Shown: positions 37,796 through 51,019 of the stretch, in pieces | Layout: each line of letters starts with the position of its first letter | Numbering within the stretch: position 1 is the stretch's first letter | Source of the DNA: Octopus sinensis | Lineage: Eukaryota | Assembly: GCF_006345805.1 (NCBI RefSeq) | Contig: NC_043003.1 | Span: 79,856,001 to 79,920,000 of the forward strand | Direction of reading: 5' to 3' | DNA: 64,000 bases | The notes under the pieces: model-generated | Told to the model about the DNA's origin: nothing | The model's input: only the letters and a program-made list of their open reading frames with translations | The model's database searches: none | Program-made: the position numbers and the translations under genes

Positions 37796-39689
37796 TAATA
37801 TATCCCGTATTTCCCCTATGTTTGTAGGAGTGACACTGTTATAAAGTTCGCTTCCAAATGACGTTGTGGTTGACTTACACTGCATAGTACTTCGTTCAAA
37901 TGTTTTCTAAAGTGTTGTCCTTGACCCATGTATTGTGAGTGAAACTGGATTGACGGAACTTACGTGGAACCTGTGCCTGGCTGTTATACACAAACCTTCA
38001 CCTGGTTTATGTATAACAAACACCTAGGAGTTTTGCAAGCGTTTGGACCGGATCCGGACTCGATATCAATATGATCCTTTTTGTCGATTTCGAATGCAGA
38101 AGACCCTGAATGATTGCTTTTTCCTTATATCCCAACAGTCTCAGAGGCTTTATAAATGACATGGTCACAATCCATCACTCCCTGACTAACCCTTACAAAC
38201 ATTTTTATTTGATTTTGAATTCGTAAAAAAGATGAAGAAAATCTTGTTTAAAGTAATTTTATTTTATTTAGAAATCACATAGTTACAATCTATTTTCAAA
38301 AACCTATCAATTAAAAGTAATTCATACTATAAGCAGGCTATAAAAGTTTATGGCTTTCTCCACTGCTGTGTAACTAAATACCATGATTTTTTTTCTGTTT
38401 CAAACCAACACCACAATTATTTCTCATAAATCTTTTGAAGCAAACTTTGTGACAATTACTGCTAATTTGCAGCTATCAGATGGCTTCTTTAAGTATTTTA
38501 TCATATCAATTTACCAGGATTTTTCCGAGGTCGGCAAACTTAAATATGGGATGATTTTTTTCGGATATTTCATTATATCACATATTGAATCGAGTTAGTT
38601 TTAAAGACTTGGCATCTTAATGAAAATAATTTCATTTCCTTTTCAATAGAACAGCCGGCACGTGCAGTTAATCATTACAAATAATTTCATTTTAGTTATA
38701 GAATCACAGCTTTAATATGCATACTGAAGAGGATGGTCGTTTTGGCAACATTTTGCTTCATACACAGATGGTATACAGGAAAATAACAGGGTCTTTGCTT
38801 GCTTCACAAGTTCGAACAATCTTTCTGCCTATGTTTATTATCATAAGCCTGTTATTACCAAAGCAAAATTGTAATATTATTATCACTATGGTCTTCATCA
38901 TTACACTGATGATGGTGATGATCACTATGATGATCCTCCCCAACCTCCTTCTCCTCATCCATTTTATAACCCTCACCATCATCTTTAACCACCACCACTA
39001 CCGTCCATCTCCGCCGCCGCCTCTGTCGGTAATATTACCTACATCGTCACCACTATGACTATCGCCATCGCCATCTCCGCCATCATCGTCATAATTGTTC
39101 ACCGCGTCGTTAACGATGATGGATTCGGTGTTTCATAATGTCTCGCGTAATTGCATTTTTATACATCGATACAACTTCACTGTCAATGTTATTCCACCAC
39201 TCCTGCATGCATATGTGTGTGTGTGTATGTGTCCTCTTTAGATTTTCTGTCCAGAGACCAGCTCAATTCAGATAAAGAATGAATGTCACGCTTCAGAAGA
39301 TTCCAGAAACGGAAACTTTGGACATACTTTGCGGATGTCTGTTTACTGAATAAAATATCTTATGGCAATTGGTTGTTTTATATATAAGTTATACTTCTCC
39401 CTAACTTTAGTATCGAGTGCGGAAAATTATATTCATTTCCATCATTCTTAAAAATATAGGCAAGATGAGATTCCCTTGTATATTCCCAGAATGAATTACA
39501 CAAAGTAATAGGGCTAAAAGTTTACCCCAGATTCATTGCCTCTCATCAGCTGCAAGTGAGTCTCATTAGATTTTGCTTTAAATATCCTTTTCACTTGCTG
39601 AGTTTGGAGAAAGAGGCAATTACATTTGCTGGTGTTGGGCATTGCTCTTCGCATTGCTCCTTCCGTGATAGGGGAAACTGATGCTTATA

Positions 39690-40080
39690 ATGGTTCATTT
39701 AAAATGTTGTAGTTGTATGCTTGTATGAAAGATATGGACAGGGAGAAAACTCCAGAAAGCAATTCTCTGGGAAGACAGGACGAGGCATAGGGGTTAAGTG
39801 CGAGGCCGGATGTATGAACGCATGAAAGGTAAGGATTGACGGACAGTTAAGTGGGTTGGAAATGCTTGACTGGCGAATGTACGCGATGAACCAACCAGCA
39901 GAAACAAAGACTATAACAGTAACAATAGAAGAAAACCAGAAATAGGAGACAGCATGCCTGTGGGAAGAGGCTAGAATGTGCCAGCGATTTAATGCCAACC
40001 AGCCGAGGGGCTCTGCTCTGGATGCTGATGCGTATCGGCACTGTCCTTGATATGGGAATAGTACTCTGTTGCACATCTCA
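39690..40080 (-). mobile_element. CR1/L2-like LINE 3' remnant
   Basis: SIQSRAPRLVGIKSLAHSS and HRHAVSYFWF resemble the IQ.RA..LI / LAHRR.V.SL..F motifs of CR1-type RT C-termini; frameshifted. Confidence 0.55.
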
Positions 40081-40204
40081 CTTGTGTTTTGAAAATATCA
40101 GTAGCTGTTGGCAACTGAAATATTGTCTGTCTTGAAGATTAAGTTCATATGGTCGATGCTATGTGTTTGGTGTTTTTTAGTCCCATCTTAGTCCTCATAC
40201 TTAA

Positions 40205-40497
40205 TGACACTCCGTCGATTACGACAACGAGTGTTCGCGAAGTTAACGTGCATGGGGCTGAGCATTCCATAGTCACTCGTACCCTTAACGTAGTTCTCAG
40301 GGAGATTCAGCGTGACATAGAGTAGGACAAGGCTAGCCTTTAAAAAAACAGGTACTACTCATTTTTGTCAGCTCAGTGGACTGGAGCAACGTAAAATGAA
40401 GTGTCGCGCTCAAGGACATAACGCGTCACTGGGAATTGAACTCACGACCTTACCATCGTGAGCCGAATACCCTAACCGTTAAGCCACACATCTTCAT
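40205..40497 (-). mobile_element. Third tRNA-derived SINE family
   Basis: Minus strand gtggcttaacggttagggtattcggctcacgatggtaaggtcgtgagttcaattccc (tRNA-like head) then gtccttgagcgcgacacttcatttt; a related fragment lies near 32060-32270. Confidence 0.75.
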
Positions 40498-40924
40498 AGT
40501 CCTGATACTATAGGTCTTCGATGAAAGAATTTAAATCATGATTACTAATTCCTCAAGGTCATGTCGCTTGCTTTCAAGGTTTCCTTCTACATAATCTTTA
40601 GGCAGAATTTTTGGGACATATTTCTCAAACATTAATTTTTTCAGAGACTTGAATAACGTTTAATACCTCCTTCTAGCTACTATTACTAGCAATGCATTTT
40701 GTTGTAGTCAACAGTTTGAAAGATTTTCCCATGCTAACATCTGTTTGTGGCATAGCCGGATTTTTCTTTGTAATTTTTCACGTTGTCTCTTAGCTTGTTT
40801 CAATGCCTTCTATTTGCCTTTCTATTTGATAGCTTTGAATCTTTCTGGGACTCTTCCTACTGCCAACATAGTGAATGCTACGTTTGCATTTAAAAACATC
40901 TTGACAATAAAAAATTCAAACACA

Positions 40925-40991
40925 CACATGTGTATATATATATATGTATATATATGTGTGTGTGTGTGTGTATGTATATATATGTATATAT

Positions 40992-41059
<68 letters not shown>

Positions 41060-41205
41060 CTGTATATACACATGCATGCATATTTATGTGTATATACATA
41101 CATATATATGTATAATATGTATATACACATATATACATACACACACACACGCTCTCTCGCTCTCTCTCTCACACACCGCCACACGCACACACACACACAC
41201 ACACG
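40925..41205. repeat. Compound TA/CA/CT microsatellite
   Basis: Direct reading. Confidence 0.95.
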
Positions 41206-42080
41206 TGCTAAATGTAGTCCACTGATTTTTAAAGCTCGTTGAAGACACGTTTATCGCAGGTAACTAAACGAAAATTTGATGGCAACGACGACGACGACAA
41301 CTATGATCATGATGACAACGACGAACATAATAATATACATGATGGTGATGATGGTGGCGATGATTTCATACAAATACATGCTGTAATATATTTTATTGGT
41401 AGCGTAGAGACGAACGAACTAACGGCAAATTCAAGAGCGGAGTGATTTTTCCACTATGACCACACAGAAACAAAACCAAATAATTGAATGGAATTTAGTC
41501 AAGCTGTCTTCCGTTTCTACCATTGAATGGTTATGCAGACTTTGAAGAGTTTCAAAGAAAGGAAATGACAATAAGACCAAGTTAGGAAAACTTCGACATA
41601 CATTTCTAACAGCAATAAAATTTTAGAAGTCGAGTCGCTGACACAGAATACATTGCAATAAAGACATTGTCCGCTGTTTCATTAGAAATAGTCCGTATTT
41701 TTAAATCGAAAGACAGGATGTGTATATGTATAAATGCTATTAGCCGCCTACCATTGCATATAAGAGTAGGAAAATCTGTACGTCTGTTAACTGTGTATGT
41801 GTGTGTGTGTGTCTTTAGTGAATTTAGTCTATGCTTGTCAAGTTATTAGGTTTTAATTGAAAAAAGCTTTCAGTCTTAAATAAAAGAGAAGCCATTTGGA
41901 TTTCATTAGAACTCAGTCCCACTGAATTTTTGTAGTTGAAAGTTTTTAGAGAGAGGCTGTAAATGGAATTTGAATTATCTTTATAGATCTATGATTCTGA
42001 TTGGTTTAAGAATAATTTACCAGGTGATGATTATTATAGTCATTATTATCATCATCATCATCATCATCATCATCATCGTG

Positions 42081-42293
42081 AAGGTGGTGAGATGGCAGAT
42101 TCGTTCGCACGCCAGACAAAATGCTTAGTGGTATTTCGTCTGTCTTTATGTCATGAGTTCAAATTCCACAGAGATCGTCTTTGCTTCTCATCTTTTAGGT
42201 ATCGATAAAATAAATAGCAGTTGAGTAATGGGGTCGAATTAATCGACTTTTCCCCTCCCCTGAAATTGGTGGCCTTGGGCTAAAATTTGAAAA
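42081..42293 (+). mobile_element. SINE family B between (CAT)n tracts
   Basis: aaggtggtgagatggcagattcg..ggccttgggctaaaatttgaaa, with (CAT)n on both sides. Confidence 0.85.
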
Positions 42294-42329
42294 CATCATC
42301 ATCATCATTATTATTATTATTATTATTCA

Positions 42330-43915
42330 GTAGTTTTATTTTTATAGCGTGCTTCCACTTCACTACCGAGCGCAGCTCTGTGCGCCTTGGGTATGTGCTG
42401 TGATTTGTTGTGATGCTCTGATGGTTATTGTATGGAAAGTGTTCTGCTTAGGATGTGTGCGGTGCCTAGTAGTGCAATTTTCTGTATGTTATATGTGTTT
42501 GTAACTTCTGGTGTTTTTGTTATGTATTTGTCTGTATTTTTTATCATGCCTAATGCACCTACTATGATATGAATTGTTTCTGTTTTTAGATTCCACATTC
42601 TGGTTACCTCTATTTCCAGGTCTTTGTATTTTGAGAGTTTCTCCATTTCTTTTAGAGGCACGTTGTCATCTGCCGGTATTGATACATCATTTAGAAAGCA
42701 TTTTTTTCTTCATGATCTCTGACAACTATATCTGGTCTGTTGGCCTTAATTTCTCTATCTGTGTGTATCGGCATATCTCAGAGTATGGTTGCTTTCTCAT
42801 TTTGTGTGACCTTTTCTGGTGTGTGCCTATACCATCTTTTTTTCTGTTGTTATTCCATAGTGTTGGCATAGCTTCCAGTGTATGTAGATTCCAACTCTGT
42901 CATGTCTGTAAATATATTCCTTCTTAGCCAGGACTGGGCAGCTAGAGATAATATGATTTATTGTTTCTTGTCCATCTCCACATATTCTGCAGTTACTTGT
43001 TATATTTCTTTTCATTAGATGTTTTTGGTAATTTCTGGTGGGGAGGCTTTGGTCTTGTGCTGTAATTAAAAATCCCTCTGTCTCTGCTTTGAGTCCTGAG
43101 CTTCTCAACCATTGCTGGGATTTTTCTTTGTCTATTTCTTTTGCATTTAGTTTAGTCCAGTGTTTACCATGAAGGGGCTTTTCTTGCCATCGTTTTATCA
43201 TGGTTATTTGCTGTTCTAGTTTTAGTTTGGACTTCATTTGTTTTATAGCTTTTGTTGTTTCTTCTTCTTCTTCTTCTTCTTCTTCTTCTTCTTCTTCTTC
43301 TTCTTCTTCTTCTTCTTCTTCTTCTTCTTCTTCTTCTTCTTCTTCTTCTTCTTCTTCTTCTTCTTCTTCTTCTTCATATTTGTTAGGTGGTATGATTTCT
43401 TGTTTGTATTTGTCAGCTTCCTTAAATACTGAGAACAGCTTTTTGTTTTGCTCGTGTTTTGCCGCTATTTATATAAGTTTTCCTTCCTTCTGAAGTAGAT
43501 ATTTTTGCAGTCCTATGGTGGTTATTTTATAGTAGTTTTCCAGCTGTATAAGGCCTCTACCACCTTATATACGTTGTATATATAGTCTTTCTATGTCAGA
43601 TTTTGGGTGATGCATCCTAGATCCTGTCATTATTTTTCTTGTTTTCCTATCTATTTTGGTCAGTTCTTTTAGTGTCCAGTTAAGGATATTGTAGCTGTAA
43701 CTTATAACTGGGACAGCTAAAGTGTTAATACCTATTATCTTGTTTTTAGCATTGAGCTCTGTTTTTAGTATTGATGTAACTCGTCTATAATATTCTTTTT
43801 TTATTTTCTCTTTCATTTGTGTGTGTTGTGTCTTATCTAGTTCATGGATTCCTAAGTATTTGTAAGTTTGACTTTGGTCTAATTCTTTTATTTCATTGGT
43901 TTTATCTAGTGTGAT
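42330..43915 (-). mobile_element. Dong/R4 LINE, 5'-truncated, best-preserved copy
   Basis: MKEKIKKEYYRRV..HHPKSDIERLY; CRICGDGQETINHIISSCPVLAKKEYIYRHDRVG (CCHC); EIKANRPD..PLKEMEKLSKYKDLEIEVTRMW..IVGALG (RLE PD..D/E.K); 3' UTR and (AAT)n tail; in-frame stops present. Confidence 0.92.
43259..43375. repeat. (TTC)39 microsatellite inside the LINE ORF
   Basis: 117 bp pure TTC; GAA codons on the LINE sense strand. Confidence 0.95.
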
Positions 43916-44009
43916 TATTATTATTATTATTATTGTTATTATTATTATTATTATTATTTTATTATTATTATTATTATTATTATTTATTATTATTATTATT
44001 TACTTTTAA

Positions 44010-44310
44010 TCTGCATGTTTGTTACGGTCACTTGTTGAGACACACCCAGTGTCCTAAGGCGAGTGAAAACTTGGGGAGGGTAAGTAGCCAAATATCTTCA
44101 TGTAATAAAACACAAACATTTAAACGGACAGGGTTTTTCTAAGGGCAGTACAATCTTTTGGAGTTGTCTGAGGCATGGTTCTCCTGAGATCTTATCTAGA
44201 TGTTTCTGACTTCCCTTTTTTTTATCACACCTTGGGCATCTAAAATACCAGGAATAGTTCTCGTTTCCACATCTTTTGTATTTCAATTACTTGGTGCTTA
44301 TATTTACTTA
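44010..44310 (-). mobile_element. Dong/R4 LINE 3' end fragment
   Basis: KKGSQKHLDKISGEPCLRQLQKIVL; tail is the (ATT)n tract at 43915-44000. Confidence 0.7.
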
Positions 44311-44389
44311 GTTTGTCAAATTCTTTGAAAGATATATTTTTATCAGTGGGAACACTTACATCTGTTAGTCTACAAGTATTTTATTATTA

Positions 44390-44444
<55 letters not shown>

Positions 44445-45790
44445 TTCCTTTTATCACAGGATTTGTTAGAGCTCCAGGTGTCTTGTATCCGTAGCGGACT
44501 TACTACCTGCATCCTACGGTACCATGCTATTCGTTCTTTTCAGCTACCTAATACTTTCTTGATTATTCTGACCGTGCCAAGGAGGCAAACCTTTTGTAAC
44601 AGTTCTACTGGGCACTCTATTCCAATTTCCTTTATATTCCTCTTGATACCTTCTGATACTGTTCCCAAAGCCTCAACAATAATTGGCACTATCTTCACCT
44701 TATTCTTTTTCTTAGCCAGGCTATTTCGTACTTAAGAGGGTTGTATCTGTCTATCTTTTCGTTTTCCCTCTTGACTATTCGTGGGTGAAAGGGGCATGCA
44801 TCATCAACTATTTAGCATATGTAATGCTCCTTTCCACCACCACTAGGTCCGGTTTGTTATGCTCTAGCACCTGATGAGTTTGGATTGGGAAATCGCAAAT
44901 GGTTTTGCTAGACTCCGATTCTACCACTCTTTGCGGTTTGTGCTCATACAACGTCATTCACATTTTCCAATGTAGCACTTTCGCTACCTGGTCGTGTCGT
45001 CATAACTTGTAGTGGTTTGGGGCAAGTCTAAGGCATTCGTTTGTGATATGGGCAATGGTTTCATCCACCCTTGCAGATTTGACGCAACAGTGACACTTGC
45101 TCATTCCTAAGGTTGACTCTCCAGTTTGGTCTTACTCTGTTAGTATAGTGCTCTCGGTCTCTTTTTTAGGGTTCCTTCCATCAGCCAATCCCACCTATTT
45201 TTTTTCTAGCAACTTCTGTTGTGGCTACATGGAATTGATTGTGTAATCTCTTTTTGTATAATTCTTTTCGTGTACTTTTCGTACCTCTTTCTTTGTTTTC
45301 CCTTTTGCTTCTGCTCTCAATACTCCCTTGTTCCTAACTGTCACAAGCAAGGTTTCCTTACTTTGGGGCTAGGTATCTCATTAAGCTCTCGAGTTCGATA
45401 CGCACACACCCTTCCACACTTATCAGTCCCCTTCCTCCAATGCTCTCTTAATGTATAGGTGATCAGTGCCTGCACGTAAATGATGGGCCCCATGCATCGT
45501 TAGGAGCTTTATTGACTTCCTGTCCATCCCCTTTAACTCCTCCTCTCTCCATTTCAGGATTCTAGCGCCATACCGAACTACTGCAACTGCGCGCGAGTTT
45601 ATTGCCGAAATTAAGTTTCTGGCATTCAGCTTTGAAGTCATTACTTTTCTCACTCGTCACAGGTATTCTCTTTCTGTCTTTTCTTTTATGTCGTGGTGTT
45701 TGATCCCATCTGCCACAAGTATTCCCAGATATTTATACCTGGATAGAAGTTGAATTGCCTTCATAATTTACCACTAGGCAGCCAGTTTCC
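44445..45790 (-). mobile_element. Dong/R4 LINE fragment, second subfamily
   Basis: RKVMTSKLNARNLISAINSRAVAVVRYG; CDFPIQTHQVLEHNKPDLVV; PIIVEALGTVSEGIKR..LLQKVCLLGTVRII; tail (ATT)n at 44385-44445. Confidence 0.85.
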
Positions 45791-46497
45791 CGTTCGTCTA
45801 TCTTATGCACTGACTCAATAAATCACAAGGGCATACATTTGATAAAGTGGGGCTGTTTTTGGTTTGAACCTGTATCCGGCTATGGTCAGCTATATGCTGC
45901 ATTGTTAACAACTCGTAAATTATCTGATGTGAGAGTTAAAGTTATCAACACTGACAAACAAAGGAAAAGAAGAGGGAGAATTTACACGAAGAACAAAGTC
46001 TGCAAAGAAGTATTGGATTGAAAGATGTACGCAAACTGAATTGTGTATTGGCTCTGAACCATCGTCTTGGCTTATATGTTATCAACATTGCATGAAATAT
46101 TTACACCTGTGAAACTGAGACCCCTATACTTTACATATAAAATAATTTTCTCTACTATGAAATTTTGTTTTCTAGATATGAAATTGTAACCATGTATATT
46201 CTAAAATGTAATTTTTTTCTGTTTATGAAGAAAATAGAAAACTAAGAGTGAATATTTATTTTATGAGTGCTGTGTATTAAGTCTATAAAATTGTGCATAA
46301 AGTATATAAAATATATATATAAAGTACATTAAGTAATCATCGCATTCCAATTTCCTCCACTTTTCAATGAATAGCAGATGAGCGACTATCTTTTGATACA
46401 GACACAACACAAGCAACGCTTTCAGCCTTTTTGGATAAAGTTTTGAAGAATAACACAATAGGTTTACTATTAATTCTGTGAAATATCCCACTAGTCA

Positions 46498-46528
<31 letters not shown>

Positions 46529-46532
46529 TGCT

Positions 46533-46958
46533 AAGGCGGTGAGCTGGCAGAAACGTTAGCACGCCGGGCGAAATGCTTATTGGTATTTCGTCTGCCGTTA
46601 CGTTCTGAGTTCAAATTCCGCCGAGGTTGACTTTGCCTTTCATTCTTTCGTGGTATTTAAATTAAGTACCAGTTACGCACTGAGGCCGATGAAATCGTCT
46701 TAATCTCTTTGTCTGTCCTTGTTTGTCCCCTCTATGTTTAGCCCCTTCTGAGCAATAAAGATATAAGAAGCGTTAGTACGCCGGACTAGAGGCTTCACAG
46801 CATTTCGTCCATTTTACGTTCTGAGTTCAAATTTCGCCAAGGTCAACTTTGCTTTTCATTCTTTCGGAGTTGATAAATTAAGTACCAGTAAAGTACTGTG
46901 GTCGATATGATTGACTTACCTCCTCCCCCAAATTTCTGGCCTTTTGCCCACATTAGAA
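46533..46958 (+). mobile_element. Two tandem SINE family B copies (long variant then short variant)
   Basis: aaggcggtgagctggcagaaacgttagcacgccgggcg from 46533; second head near 46768; preceded and followed by (ATT)n. Confidence 0.9.
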
Positions 46959-46979
46959 ATGATTATTATTATTATTTTG

Positions 46980-47149
46980 GTTTGCCTCATATTCGGTATT
47001 ATTCCTGGGAGGGTTTACATGGGTAGCAGATTACAACCTATAATCTTAGGTGTCAAGTTTTCAGCTGTTTTTCAAGTGCTTAGAACCCTCCTGACAATCC
47101 TGGCTGTCCCTAAGAGACAAACGTTTTGTTGGAGCTCTACCGGACATTC

Positions 47150-47150
<1 letters not shown>
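46980..47150 (-). mobile_element. Dong/R4 LINE extreme 3' fragment
   Basis: ECPVELQQNVCLLGTARIVRRVLST*, same subfamily as 44445 copy. Confidence 0.8.
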
Positions 47151-47182
<32 letters not shown>

Positions 47183-47189
47183 CATTATT

Positions 47190-47535
47190 AAGACGGCAAG
47201 CTGGCAGAATCGTTAGCACGCCGGGCGAAATGCTTAGCGGTATTTCGTCTGCGTTACGTTGTGAGTTCAAATTCCGCCGTGGTTGACTTTGCCTTTCATC
47301 CTTTCGGGGTCGATTAAATAAGTACCAGCTACGCACTGGGGTCGATGTAATCGACTTAATACCTATGTCTGTCCTTGTTTGTCCCCTCTGTGTTTAGCCC
47401 CTTGTGGGTAATAAAGAAATAGGTATTTCGTCTGCCGTTACGTTCTGAGTTCAAATTCCGCCGAAGTCGACTTTGCCTTTCATCCTTTTGGGGTCGATAA
47501 ATTAAGTACCCGTTACGCATCGGGGTCGATATAAC
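47190..47535 (+). mobile_element. SINE family B long variant plus partial tandem repeat
   Basis: ggtatttcgtctgc recurs at 47239 and 47422 (183-bp period). Confidence 0.9.
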
Positions 47536-47544
47536 ATATATTGC

Positions 47545-50500
47545 AGCGATTCAACTTCTGAAGTCAGGCCAAAAACCATCAACTTTGAAGACAGTCACCA
47601 AGTATGAATGGTCTACCGTATCGAATGTTTTTGACTGATCTAAATTGACCTGGGCCCAACCCATACCAGGTTACTTAACAACACTCTCTATGTTGTCTCG
47701 AGTGAGTTAGAGGCTGTTGTAGACTAATAGGTTTTGGTTTGGCACATGTCTGTGTCTCACCTACCAGACTATCAACAGATGCCAACGTCATAGCTAACAG
47801 CTTGGTCAAAATTTTCAACACTGCATTTAGCAAAGTTACAGGTCTGAAGTTTTTAAAATCATTCTAATTCTTCGGGTCTCTCCTCAGCAAGTCTGTTTTC
47901 TCAAGACTGGAATTCTTCTGTTCTGCTTCGAGTTCCATTAGACATCTTCTAAAAGCATCGTGAACAAGTTTGGCATATGCAGATAAGAGTGTAGGACAGA
48001 CCATCCAGCCCCAGTGTCGTCTCCCGTGTGCAGCCAGCAATCAATTCCTGTACCTTTTAAACCGTTACCGGCCTTTTGTAGAACTCTACATCACTAGATA
48101 GGCAGTAATGTCCACACGCATCTCGGGTTCACTGTCTGACTGAAACAGTTGAGCGAAGTGCCACTGGAAAGCTGCACACATCTACTCGGAATCGAGTTAC
48201 ACGCTTCCTTCGCAGCTGAAACAGTGAATTCTTGGTTTGTTGCCACTTTGCGCCTCTGCCATTTGGGCCCATCGATTGTCTTTCGCTTCCTCATGCCTCA
48301 GATCGCATGCCCTAGCTGACAAAGGAATCTTCGCGCTTAGCCTTGAAGAATCTGTCAAGGACCAATCTCAGCGCTGGCAGGTCAGCATTTTATAAATGCT
48401 TCTTCTAGATTGCTAAGTATTTCCCCTCTAATATAGAATGCTATACCATTATTTCCCTACTGGACGTAATCGACTCTAATAGTCGATACCTGCAAGTTTG
48501 CTGGACTTTTCTACCCTATCTCCTATCAGCTCGATCCATACAATCCAGATGTGCATCCTAGATAATGTTACGACCTTTTATTATAACTAAAGATCAGGAC
48601 ATTTTCAGGAAAACTGATAAATGCCTTTAAAAATCCGACCACATGCCCCAACTGGGGCATAAATGGTGTCTAGTCTAAAGGTGCCATTTTCGCTACAGTT
48701 GATGCTCAGGATCACCACTTACCATCCAGTTTCAGGACGACAGAGAATATTTAGGGTCACAGTCCTTTCAGAAACAAAACCAACATCCCGAACCCCATTA
48801 CGGGCGAAGTAAGAGATGTGATGATCTCAAAATAATCAAATATAGGAGCTAAGGTGTGTATGTAGGAAATCCCACAATTACCGATAGCTATCACATTAAA
48901 ACTTAGCGATCTGAATTGAGCAAGCAAGCAACTCTGTTTCCAGGGAGACTCCAGGTTATGTGCCTTTGTACACCCAATCACTGAAATGTTGGTAGAGAGA
49001 GAAGGATGGGAAAAGTAAAGGCTTATTTACATATTTATCTGTCCCGTAGACCGGGAAATTTCGAAGTTCTTTTCAGAGCTCCTTCGGGAGTATATTGCTG
49101 AACTTGATGATGGGGCTTCCCACATGCCTGGGGAAATTATACCGTAATACTAATTTCTCCGATTCCAGTCATTATAATTTCAAAATTTTAGTATTTTGAA
49201 AGTGTTGAATCTGAAGAGATCCCCTCCCATTTCATCGTTTTCTTTTTATGCGATGGAGAGCATCAGTTTCTATTCCATCACTTCATCAGCTCAAAGTTTT
49301 TATGAGATGTGCATATTTTCTTTATTTTGCTGTTATAATTTTGGTGCTGCTGCCTGTGTGTATTTACCTTTTATTGAAGTGAGTGTTGGTGCTAACGATA
49401 GCTAAGTTGTTGTGGGTTTGTCTGTGTTTTCTGTGGGTGTGGTTTTAGTTACTCTATAATGATAAAATGATTGGGACGTCTGGTTAATGCGGGTCTAGCT
49501 TTTTAAAAGATTTATTGCGTGTTTTATTTTATTTTTGTTCCTTACTTGGCGGCCCTCTTCTCCCTGCAATATAAGATTTTCAGATCGGAATTATAAAATG
49601 AGGCTATGTGACGAAGTATGTCTTCCTGTGTGATTATGTGTATGTTTGAAAGTGTGGGGAGAGAGGGAGAGTAAAAAGGAGGATTTCGGTTGGAGATTTT
49701 CCATAGTGGCGGGTTTGGTTGTTGTTATCAGTGTCCTTTTTCTGTTGTTGTTGTTCTTGCTATTGTCCTTATTCTCTTCGCTGTTGTTGTTGCTACTGCT
49801 ACTGTTATTGAGTGCTGATGCTGTTGAGACATGTAGTATCAGTAGTAATGGGAACCTCCTCTTCCATCTCGTTGAGGTCAGAAAGATCTGAAGTGGTCTT
49901 CCATATCACACAATTGGCCACTTGGCCTTCTACCCTCAAGTCAAACAAGAAACTCCACTCCATCTGTCATGTAAATAAGTTTTGGAATCTATTCCATATC
50001 CTCCAGTTCTGTCTAAAGGACGATATTCGTTGTGGTCCCAGAACAAATTCCCTTTCCTTTGGTTTTACGTTGTCCTTCAAAGCAACGAAAGACGACCGCC
50101 ACCGGATATGCGACTTTGATGGAATTCTATCTTAATGCCACAGATTCTTCTCTTTAAAAATCTTTGGCTGAGAGTAAGTTTCTTGTATGACATGAGAACT
50201 ATGACGTGCAGCATCTCAAGAGCATCTGACTTCAAGAAGTCTTCTGCGATCTCGAAAAGCCTTACCCTGGTTACATGATCTATATAGGCCCATATTACTT
50301 TGAGGGCTCTTTACATCTGGGCTTGTGTTGTTGTTTCTAGGCATCGGGTTTTATCGATATAAGGCAACACGTCACCGTCATCCGGATAGTTGTTGTCAAA
50401 ACCTCTGCTATGACAGCAACTTGTGCTCGCTTTCCATTCACTTTCCCAAGTTGTTTTGCCTGACTTCGTGTCGTCCAGAGAGAAGGAAACATATTGTGTT

Positions 50501-50560
50501 GATTTGGTGACCATTCCAGGAAAAGATTGTCTGCCCATAACATCACCCACATCCATTATT
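47545..50560 (-). mobile_element. Decayed L1/Tx1-like LINE: ORF1 with zinc knuckle, APE endonuclease, N-terminal RT
   Basis: EGRRPSGQLCDMEDHFRSF*P (degenerate CCHC, ~49900); KQSCLLAQFRSLSFNVIAI and FRLDTIYAPVG (APE); KNFRPVTLLNAVLKILTKLLA and VNLDQSKTFDTVDH (RT motifs); many stops and frameshifts. Confidence 0.8.
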
Positions 50561-51019
50561 TAATTGATATCATTGTTCTTCTTGATACAACTGATATAGT
50601 TTCTACTTTTGTTGTCATTTATCTCACGGTTGTTGTTTTTGTTGCTGGTGTCGTTGTTGCTTTCATTGTTAAAAAAGTTGTCCTTACGTTGTCGGTATCA
50701 TTTCTGCCATCACCATTTCCATTACGTGTTCTTCTCGTACGAATAGTTGGTAGCTATTTCAGAATTTCCTGCTACCGTTTTGTTGAATCGTCTTTTGGAC
50801 ATTACCGACTCCATAATTCCAACCGCATAAAAACCTGATAAGAGCGATTAAAATTATATAAAAATGATCCCCTAAGGGACACAATTTGTTAATCCTTATT
50901 TTCACAAATTGACATAGGAGACCTTCCGCAAAATTTTAACTAAAATTAGCTCCAGTAAGTGAATTTTTTTCCAAAGAAATGCTTGAAGTCTCCAGGAGCA
51001 CAACAACAACAATAATAAT

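Noticed and set aside
37983-38017. 14-bp AT-rich hairpin
   Set aside because: Short with one mismatch; plausible by chance in DNA this AT-rich.
44865-44900. CTGATGAG...GAAA hammerhead-like string
   Set aside because: It is the antisense of LINE coding sequence (CDFPIQTHQVL) and forms no stems.
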